NCBI GenBank assembly: GCA_964057225.1
Contig: OZ059898.1
Span: 6,758,001-6,822,000 of the forward strand
Direction of reading: 5' to 3'
Origin: Auanema rhodensis
Lineage: Eukaryota; Animalia; Nematoda
DNA: 64,000 bases
Shown: positions 1-9,900 of the stretch, piece after piece
How positions within the stretch are numbered: the stretch's first letter is position 1
How the letters are laid out: the number at the start of each line of letters is the position of its first letter
Made by a program: the position numbers and the translations under genes
The notes under the pieces: generated by a model
What the model was told of the DNA's origin: nothing
Database searches by the model: none
What the model saw: only the letters and a program-made list of their open reading frames with translations

Positions 1-3000
1 TCCCATCGTGTACACAGCCTGAACTTTTTTGTGAACATTCTTGTGGATGAGCTCGGTATAAACCATTTTTACAGAAAATAGAAAGCTCCATGGCAAATTT
101 TATTGAAACAATCAGATTTTACAGTCTTTTTTACCCAAGTTGTGTATATTCTTAATTTAATAAATTCTATGATTGAGGAGAAAAAGGAAGAATCACCGGT
201 CCCATCGTGTACACAGCCTGAACTTTTTTGTGAACATTCTTGTGGATGGGCTCGGTATAAACCATTTTTACAGAAAATAGAAAGCTCCATGGCAAATTTT
301 ATTGAAACAATCAGATTTTACAGTCTTTTTTACCCAAGCTGTGTATATTCTTAATTTAATAAATTCTATGATTGAGGAGAAAAAGGAAGAATCACCGGTC
401 CCATCGTGTACACAGCCTGAACTTTTTTGTGAACATTCTTGTGGATGGGCTCGGTATAAACCATTTTTACAGAAAATAGAAAGCTCCATGGCAAATTTTA
501 TTGAAACAATCAGATTCTACAGTCTTTTTTACTCAAGTTGTGTATATTCTTAATTTAATAAATTCTATGATTGAGGAGAAAAAGGAAGAATCACCGGTCC
601 CATCGTGTACACAGCCTGAACTTTTTTGTGAACATTCTTGTGGATGGGCTCGGTATAAACCATTTTTATAGAAAATAGAAAGCTCCATGGCAAATTTTAT
701 TAAAACAATCAGATTCTACAGTCTTTTTTACTCAAGTTGTGTATATTCTTAATTTAATAAATTCTATGATTGAGGAGAAAAAGGAAGAATCACCGGTCCC
801 ATCGTGTACACAGCCTGAACTTTTTTGTGAACATTCTTGTGGATGAGCTCGGTATAAACCATTTTTACAGAAAATAGAAAGCTCCATGGCAAATTTTATT
901 GAAACAATCAGATTCTACAGTCTTTTTTACTCAAGTTGTGTATATTCTTAATTTAATAAATTCTATGATTGAGGAGAAAAAGGAAGAATCACCGGTCCCA
1001 TCGTGTACACAGCCTGAACTTTTTTGTGAACATTCTTGTGGATGGGCTCGGTATAAACCATTTTTATAGAAAATAGAAAGCTCCATGGCAAATTTTATTA
1101 AAACAATCAGATTCTACAGTCTTTTTTACTCAAGTTGTGTATATTCTTAATTTAATAAATTCTATGATTGAGGAGAAAAAGGAAGAATCACCGGTCCCAT
1201 CGTGTACACAGCCTGAACTTTTTTGTGAACATTCTTGTGGATGAGCTCGGTATAAACCATTTTTATAGAAAATAGAAAGCTCCATGGCAAATTTTATTGA
1301 AACAATCAGATTCTACAGTCTTTTTTACTCAAGTTGTGTATATTCTTAATTTAATAAATTCTATGATTGAGGAGAAAAAGGAAGAATCACCGGTCCCATC
1401 GTGTACACAGCCTGAACTTTTTTGTGAACATTCTTGTGGATGAGCTCGGTATAAACCATTTTTACAGAAAATAGAAAGCTCCATGGCAAATTTTATTAAA
1501 ACAATCAGATTCTACAGTCTTTTTTACTCAAGTTGTGTATATTCTTAATTTAATAAATTCTATGATTGAGGAGAAAAAGGAAGAATCACCGGTCCCATCG
1601 TGTACACAGCCTGAACTTTTTTGTGAACATTCTTGTGGATGAGCTCGGTATAAACCATTTTTACAGAAAATAGAAAGCTCCATGGCAAATTTTATTGAAA
1701 CAATCAGATTTTACAGTCTTTTTTACTCAAGTTGTGTATATTCTTAATTTAATAAATTCTATGATTGAGGAGAAAAAGGAAGAATCACCGGTCCCATCGT
1801 GTACACAGCCTGAACTTTTTTGTGAACATTCTTGTGGATGAGCTCGGTATAAACCATTTTTACAGAAAATAGAAAGCTCCATGGCAAATTTTATTAAAAC
1901 AATCAGATTCTACAGTCTTTTTTACTCAAGTTGTGTATATTCTTAATTTAATAAATTCTATGATTGAGGAGAAAAAGGAAGAATCACCGGTCCCATCGTG
2001 TACACAGCCTGAACTTTTTTGTGAACATTCTTGTGGATGAGCTCGGTATAAACCATTTTTACAGAAAATAGAAAGCTCCATGGCAAATTTTATTGAAACA
2101 ATCAGATTTTACAGTCTTTTTTACTCAAGTTGTGTATATTCTTAATTTAATAAATTCTATGATTGAGGAGAAAAAGGAAGAATCACCGGTCCCATCGTGT
2201 ACACAGCCTGAACTTTTTTGTGAACATTCTTGTGGATGAGCTCGGTATAAACCATTTTTACAGAAAATAGAAAGCTCCATGGCAAATTTTATTGAAACAA
2301 TCAGATTCTACAGTCTTTTTTACTCAAGTTGTGTATATTCTTAATTTAATAAATTCTATGATTGAGGAGAAAAAGGAAGAATCACCGGTCCCATCGTGTA
2401 CACAGCCTAAACTTTTTTGTGAACATTCTTGTGGATGAGCTCGGTATAAACCATTTTTACAGAAAATAGAAAGCTCCATGGCAAATTTTATTGAAACAAT
2501 CAGATTCTACAGTCTTTTTTACTCAAGTTGTGTATATTCTTAATTTAATAAATTCTATGATTGAGGAGAAAAAGGAAGAATCACCGGTCCCATCGTGTAC
2601 ACAGCCTGAACTTTTTTGTGAACATTCTTGTGGATGAGCTCGGTATAAACCATTTTTACAGAAAATAGAAAGCTCCATGGCAAATTTTATTGAAACAATC
2701 AGATTTTACAGTCTTTTTTACCCAAGTTGTGTATATTCTTAATTTAATAAATTCTATGATTGAGGAGAAAAAGGAAGAATCACCGGTCCCATCGTGTACA
2801 CAGCCTGAACTTTTTTGTGAACATTCTTGTGGATGGGCTCGGTATAAACCATTTTTACTGAAAATAGAAAGCTCCATGGCAAATTTTATTGAAACAATCA
2901 GATTCTACAGTCTTTTTTACCCAAGTTGTGTATATTCTTAATTTAATAAATTCTATGATTGAGGAGAAAAAGGAAGAATCACCGGTCCCATCGTGTACAC

Positions 3001-3921
3001 AGCCTGAACTTTTTTGTGAACATTCTTGTGGATGGGCTCGGTATAAACCATTTTTACAGAAAATAGAAAGCTCCATGGCAAATTTTATTGAAACAATCAG
3101 ATTTTACAGTCTTTTTTACCCAAGTTGTGTATATTCTTAATTTAATAAATTCTATGATTGAGGAGAAAAAGGAAGAATCACCGTTCCCATCGTGTACACA
3201 GCCTAAACTTTTTTGTGAACATTCTTGTGGATGGGCTCGGTATAAACCATTTTTACAGAAAATAGAAAGCTCCATGGCAAATTTTATTGAAACAATCAGA
3301 TTTTACAGTCTTTTTTACCCAAGTTGTGTATATTCTTAATTTAATAAATTCTATGATTGAGGAGAAAAAGGAAGAATCACCGGTCCCATCGTGTACACAG
3401 CCTGAACTTTTTTGTGAACATTCTTGTGGATGGGCTCGGTATAAACCATTTTTATAGAAAATAGAAAGCTCCATGGCAAATTTTATTGAAACAATCAGAT
3501 TCTACAGTCTTTTTTACTCAAGTTGTGTATATTCTTAATTTAATAAATTCTATGATTGAGGAGAAAAAGGAAGAATCACCGGTCCCATCGTGTACACAGC
3601 CTGAACTTTTTTGTGAACATTCTTGTGGATGGGCTCGGTATAAACCATTTTTATAGAAAATAGAAAGCTCCATGGCAAATTTTATTGAAACAATCAGATT
3701 CTACAGTCTTTTTTACTCAAGTTGTGTATATTCTTAATTTAATAAATTCTATGATTGAGGAGAAAAAGGAAGAATCACCGGTCCCATCGTGTACACAGCC
3801 TGAACTTTTTTGTGAACATTCTTGTGGATGGGCTCGGTATAAACCATTTTTACAGAAAATAGAAATCTCCATGGCAAATTTTATTGAAACAATCAGATTT
3901 TACAGTCTTTTTTACCCAAGT
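1..3921. repeat. 199-bp tandem satellite array, left block (~19.7 units, continues beyond window start)
   Basis: Exact 199-bp periodicity, with only a few polymorphic sites per unit (attG/Aaaac, ttT/Ctac, acC/Tc, atgG/Ag). The array stops at ...ttacccaagt 3921. Confidence 0.98.
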
Positions 3922-4360
3922 AATAAAAATCTAGATTTTGTTTATCTATCTTGGATAAGCGAGAAGGAGTTCGCACGCCAATTCATAGTCAAGGAAACGT
4001 TCAAAATACGCAATGAATCGACTCCCAGAATATTTACATGCTCGAAATCAGTACCAACTCTGCTCACTTGACACTCGATTCGAGTCGACTGGTCCTGAAT
4101 TTCATACAATATTACTTTCGTTTTCATACAATATTACTTTTACAGTCTTTTTTACCCAAGTAATAAAAATCTAGATTTTGTTTATCTATCTTGGATAAGC
4201 GAGAAGGAGTTCGCTCGCCAATTCATAGTCAAGGAAACGTTCAAAATACGCAATGAATCGACTCCCAGAATATTTACATGCTCGAAATCAGTACCAACTC
4301 TGCTCACTTGACACTCGATTCGAGTCGACTGGTCCTGAATTTCATACAATATTACTTTCG
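3901..4360. repeat. 240-bp-period tandem duplication of the satellite/island junction including the last protease exon
   Basis: 3901-4120 is near-identical to 4141-4360 (satellite tail tacagtc...cccaagt, 3' flank, exon 4, splice acceptor). A short extra copy of tttcatacaatattacttt sits at ~4122-4140. Confidence 0.93.
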
Positions 4361-5085
4361 AATAACAATAGTATAACAAACAAACCTGGATCGCGAATGA
4401 GTAGAACTGCCCGTCGACGACGTTTCCGGCACCAAAAAAAGACTCCAGTGTCTTGACAGTCAGACACGTAAATGGACATCCCGTGTCAATGAGACACCAG
4501 ACGTTGATGATTGGCGAATCGGGTTTTCGGGCCCGTTGGAAGATCAAAGGGACCATTAGCCTAGAGTTAGGTCCATGCAAGATTCCTTGTACAGGAAAAG
4601 CGGGATCTGAGAACGTCGCTGCACTCAAGTGCTTCACTTCTTGATCACGTCCAATCTGCAATAAGTTTTAACAATCCATACTATTTATAAAGCGCTAAAT
4701 ATTTGTGCCCTAGATCAGCCTTTAATGGGAATCTACTAATCCGTTGCATTTGTAAAAAGATTGTTGTTTTTGTGTGGCCCAAGTTCGAAAAGAGGAAAGG
4801 TCTAATGGGGTGCATTAGTGGAATTTAGAAAGATGGTAAGGGTTTAGAAATTCGCGCCGCAAAGCGACGCTGTACCGAATGGTAAGATAAAAAATCATAA
4901 AAAAACACACCCTTTCCAACTCTTCTTCATTGATATCCTTGAGCATGATGTCAAACTCATCATAGGGCATGGCCAGCACGCCAAATGAACCATCGGCTCC
5001 GCTTGAAGAAGATCCGCTCTGAAATTTAATTAAATAGGTGGATAAAAGTTAGTAAGACAGTGTATACCTCTTTATAATTATCCAT
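4182..5085 (-). CDS. Clan AA (retropepsin-like) aspartic protease, intact 4-exon gene, ~182 aa
   Basis: Exons 5085-5068, 5018-4911, 4655-4386 and 4334-4182 join through phase-0 GT-AG introns into one ORF: MDNYKE-SGSS...MPYDEFDIMLKDINEEELER-IGRDQ...RLMVPL...NVWCLIDTGCPFT...-DQSTRIECQ...VNILGVDSL...QDR*. It has the catalytic DTG and the C-terminal ILGxD motif of retropepsins. An upstream ttttag at ~5133 could be a trans-splice acceptor. Confidence 0.85.
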
Positions 5086-5345
5086 ACTTGACGATCAAGT
5101 TGATGATAGCCTAACCGTCAACAGCTTTCTATCTAAAAGTCAAAAATTTTTGAAAGCAACAGTGAGAGGCTGCGATGTTGACAGGTTCTCTCCTTCCTCT
5201 GCGTCTCTGGTCACGCGTCACTCTCATCCCTTTCCACTAACCCAACACGTTTGGTCGCGCCTAAGCCATGTTTGGGGTTCATGGCTAGATGGAGGTGAAT
5301 TCACTTTCTAGTGAAGACATTCATTTTCACTGAACGTCCCCCATT

Positions 5346-5754
5346 TCACAAAATCAAATAAGATATTTGTAGCCAAAAAATTTTAGGATCTAGTGCAGTT
5401 TCCCCCCCCCCCCCCCCCCGCCTAAGCCCCGCCCCTTTTGCCAAACGGTGCATACTTTTTGTCAACCTGTATAATTTTAAACCGGCGGGAGACATACCTT
5501 TCAGAACCGGGGGGTTTGGGGGGTTTACCCCCCATTCCCGGTGAACTGTGTGCATTTCGGCAAAAGGGGCGGGGCTTAGGGCCGGGGGGGGGGGAAAAAC
5601 TGCACTTGAGCCAAATTTTAAAATTTATTTCACCATGCTGATTCAAAGAAGATCCAGATGAAGGAAAAATACTAATCAAATTTTCCTTTTGAATTGATGT
5701 ATCCTGAATTATTGGACTATCAACGATTAGTATTCTGTCTACTGCTTCAGCCAT
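5346..5754 (-). pseudogene. 5' stub of a Maverick/Polinton major capsid protein (double jelly-roll) gene, interrupted by a MITE and truncated
   Basis: MAEAVDRILIVDSPIIQDTSIQKENLISIFPSSGSSLNQHGEINFKI matches the Polinton MCP N-terminal pattern (IL...PI.D.SI......P..G..LN..GEI.F.I). Removing the MITE plus one TSD gives ...GEINFKIFWLQISYLIL then a stop. Intronless. Confidence 0.65.
5386..5612. mobile_element. Non-autonomous DNA transposon (MITE), probably Merlin superfamily
   Basis: Imperfect ~70-bp TIRs: ggatctagtgcagttt-C18-gcctaagccccgccccttttgcc and ggcaaaaggggcggggcttagggcc-G11-aaaaactgcacttgagcc. Termini are GG...CC, and an 8-bp direct repeat aaatttta flanks it at 5378-5385 and 5613-5620. 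Confidence 0.8.
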
Positions 5755-5839
5755 TTAAGATATTTTCAATTTAATTACAACTTCCAAGGAAAGTCAGGAT
5801 AAATTTTCAATTTATTTTAAAATATTTTTTCTAAAGTAA

Positions 5840-6992
5840 ATGAATCTGTTGCACTTCTATTTCTTTTTAACATTTACTCATTATGATATTCTGGCGAGTG
5901 CTAAAAGTATCATTTGTACTCCTGATGCTCCAGTTCAATATTTCAAACTTCCGAAATTACACAAATGTAATTATCATAGACAATTGAATGATGATAATAA
6001 AAAATCAAAAGTAATAATTTATGAAGTCTTCAAACCGAACATAATTGAATACTCAAGTGAAGCTAAGTTGTGTAAGAAATTAGTTAGTGAAGTATCAATG
6101 TATACAGATTTTTCAGGATATGAGCATCTAGTAGAAAAGGAATTGAATCATCGTTCTATTAGTCTTGCAGAATGTAGAGAATGGATTGCAAACAAGAAAT
6201 GTGAATATGGAAGTTTAAATAATAAAGTGAATGAAGATTATCACAATCGGTTTACTAGTTTCTTTACAAGCAAAAGATATTACGAAGAGAATTGTGTAAT
6301 TATTGAGACTAAGGTCTATTCTCACTTCAATCAAAGTAGACCAAGCAATGTTTTAGTTGATATGTCGGAGTGTAAATATCAGGATGGTTCTTGTCAACCT
6401 GGGAAGATGAATGAAATTATGATTTGGGATGTCAATAAAGATCAGAAGTGTCAATATATTTCAATTGGAAAACTAGATGGAATCATGAATAATGGACTGT
6501 GGATAAATAGTAAAAATCAAATTGCTCTGAGTTTGAATAAAAACAAAATTGTGAGAGATTGTAATCTTGATCTCTTATTTAGTGAAGAAGGTTTTGCAGT
6601 ACGTCAGTTACAAAAAGAAATTCCAAGAATTCCAACACTACAAGCACTAACATCAACTCCTAGTCTAAAAGAAATGAGTTCAATTCCAGGATCGTATCAA
6701 AAAGAAAGAGAAGAATATTATAAAAGACAACAAGAACAAATCCAAAAGGATCGAGAACTTCGTGAGCGAAAAGACAAAGAAGTAAGAGATAAATACGAAA
6801 CTGATCGTAGAATTTGAAAAGAGGAGAGATGAAAAGATGAAGAAATATCTAGAATTTGAAAAAAGAAAACAAGAAAAATTAGAAAGAGAAAGACTCAAAG
6901 GATTTGCGTCGCAAGCTCCTTCACGAGTGCCTTCAGATTCACTTGTGAAATTCAAAGAGGTGACAATGAATAATATTAATAATAATTATACA
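5840..6992 (+). pseudogene. Class III viral fusion glycoprotein (herpes gB/chuvirus G-like, Maverick-type fusogen), frameshifted and truncated
   Basis: Intronless 325-aa ORF with a signal peptide and a Cys spacing typical of this family (EAKLCKK, ISLAECREW...CEYG, ENC, CKYQDGSC...IMIW....CQY, DC....SEEGF). A frameshift at ~6810 continues the charged region in the 6837 frame. The satellite cuts it off at 6993, so there is no TM anchor. Confidence 0.75.
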
Positions 6993-9900
6993 GCAAATTT
7001 TATTAAAACAATCAGATTCTACAGTCTTTTTTACCCAAGTTGTGTATATTCTTAATTTAATAAATTCTATGATTGAGGAGAAAAAGGAAGAATCACCGGT
7101 CCCATCGTGTACACAGCCTGAACTTTTTTGTGAACATTCTTGTGGATGGGCTCGGTATAAACCATTTTTACAGAAAATAGAAAGCTCCATGGCAAATTTT
7201 ATTAAAACAATCAGATTCTACAGTCTTTTTTACCCAAGTTGTGTATATTCTTAATTTAATAAATTCTATGATTGAGGAGAAAAAGGAAGAATCACCGGTC
7301 CCATCGTGTACACAGCCTGAACTTTTTTGTGAACATTCTTGTGGATGAGCTCGGTATAAACCATTTTTACAGAAAATAGAAAGCTCCATGGCAAATTTTA
7401 TTAAAACAATCAGATTCTACAGTCTTTTTTACCCAAGTTGTGTATATTCTTAATTTAATAAATTCTATGATTGAGGAGAAAAAGGAAGAATCACGGGTCC
7501 CATCGTGTACACAGCCTGAACTTTTTTGTGAACATTCTTGTGGATGGGCTCGGTATAAACCATTTTTACAGAAAATAGAAAGCTCCATGGCAAATTTTAT
7601 TAAAACAATCAGATTCTACAGTCTTTTTTACCCAAGTTGTGTATATTCTTAATTTAATAAATTCTATGATTGAGGAGAAAAAGGAAGAATCACCGGTCCC
7701 ATCGTGTACACAGCCTGAACTTTTTTGTGAACATTCTTGTGGATGAGCTCGGTATAAACCATTTTTACAGAAAATAGAAAGCTCCATGGCAAATTTTATT
7801 AAAACAATCAGATTCTACAGTCTTTTTTACCCAAGTTGTGTATATTCTTAATTTAATAAATTCTATGATTGAGGAGAAAAAGGAAGAATCACCGGTCCCA
7901 TCGTGTACACAGCCTGAACTTTTTTGTGAACATTCTTGTGGATGAGCTCGGTATAAACCATTTTTACAGAAAATAGAAAGCTCCATGGCAAATTTTATTA
8001 AAACAATCAGATTCTACAGTCTTTTTTACCCAAGTTGTGTATATTCTTAATTTAATAAATTCTATGATTGAGGAGAAAAAGGAAGAATCACGGGTCCCAT
8101 CGTGTACACAGCCTGAACTTTTTTGTGAACATTCTTGTGGATGGGCTCGGTATAAACCATTTTTACAGAAAATAGAAAGCTCCATGGCAAATTTTATTAA
8201 AACAATCAGATTCTACAGTCTTTTTTACCCAAGTTGTGTATATTCTTAATTTAATAAATTCTATGATTGAGGAGAAAAAGGAAGAATCACCGGTCCCATC
8301 GTGTACACAGCCTGAACTTTTTTGTGAACATTCTTGTGGATGAGCTCGGTATAAACCATTTTTACAGAAAATAGAAAGCTCCATGGCAAATTTTATTAAA
8401 ACAATCAGATTCTACAGTCTTTTTTACCCAAGTTGTGTATATTCTTAATTTAATAAATTCTATGATTGAGGAGAAAAAGGAAGAATCACCGGTCCCATCG
8501 TGTACACAGCCTGAACTTTTTTGTGAACATTCTTGTGGATGAGCTCGGTATAAACCATTTTTACAGAAAATAGAAAGCTCCATGGCAAATTTTATTAAAA
8601 CAATCAGATTCTACAGTCTTTTTTACCCAAGTTGTGTATATTCTTAATTTAATAAATTCTATGATTGAGGAGAAAAAGGAAGAATCACCGGTCCCATCGT
8701 GTACACAGCCTGAACTTTTTTGTGAACATTCTTGTGGATGGGCTCGGTATAAACCATTTTTACAGAAAATAGAAAGCTCCATGGCAAATTTTATTAAAAC
8801 AATCAGATTCTACAGTCTTTTTTACCCAAGTTGTGTATATTCTTAATTTAATAAATTCTATGATTGAGGAGAAAAAGGAAGAATCACCGGTCCCATCGTG
8901 TACACAGCCTGAACTTTTTTGTGAACATTCTTGTGGATGGGCTCGGTATAAACCATTTTTACAGAAAATAGAAAGCTCCATGGCAAATTTTATTAAAACA
9001 ATCAGATTCTACAGTCTTTTTTACCCAAGTTGTGTATATTCTTAATTTAATAAATTCTATGATTGAGGAGAAAAAGGAAGAATCACGGGTCCCATCGTGT
9101 ACACAGCCTGAACTTTTTTGTGAACATTCTTGTGGATGAGCTCGGTATAAACCATTTTTACAGAAAATAGAAAGCTCCATGGCAAATTTTATTAAAACAA
9201 TCAGATTCTACAGTCTTTTTTACCCAAGTTGTGTATATTCTTAATTTAATAAATTCTATGATTGAGGAGAAAAAGGAAGAATCACCGGTCCCATCGTGTA
9301 CACAGCCTGAACTTTTTTGTGAACATTCTTGTGGATGGGCTCGGTATAAACCATTTTTACAGAAAATAGAAAGCTCCATGGCAAATTTTATTAAAACAAT
9401 CAGATTCTACAGTCTTTTTTACCCAAGTTGTGTATATTCTTAATTTAATAAATTCTATGATTGAGGAGAAAAAGGAAGAATCACCGGTCCCATCGTGTAC
9501 ACAGCCTGAACTTTTTTGTGAACATTCTTGTGGATGAGCTCGGTATAAACCATTTTTACAGAAAATAGAAAGCTCCATGGCAAATTTTATCAAAACAATC
9601 AGATTCTACAGTCTCTTTTACCCAAGTTGTGTATATTCTTAATTTAATAAATTCTATGATTGAGGAGAAAAAGGAAGAATCACCGGTCCCATCGTGTACA
9701 CAGCCTGAACTTTTTTGTGAACATTCTTGTGGATGAGCTCGGTATAAACCATTTTTACAGAAAATAGAAAGCTCCATGGCAAATTTTATTAAAACAATCA
9801 GATTCTACAGTCTTTTTTACCCAAGTTGTGTATATTCTTAATTTAATAAATTCTATGATTGAGGAGAAAAAGGAAGAATCACCGGTCCCATCGTGTACAC

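Noticed and set aside
131-141. SL1 RNA gene array (TTACCCAAGTT matches 11 nt of SL1)
   Set aside because: No GGTTTAA 5' end, no GAG|GT donor, no Sm site downstream and no linked 5S gene.
195-256. sbRNA/Y RNA assignment for the monomer hairpin
   Set aside because: It lacks the UUAUC loop motif and the CUUGAC 3' stem strand, and the T6 run lies inside the hairpin rather than after it.
3922-6992. Island as an LTR retrotransposon (protease plus env)
   Set aside because: The protease has spliceosomal introns and lies opposite to the glycoprotein, there is no gag/RT/integrase/LTR, and the adjacent capsid-like stub points to a Maverick.
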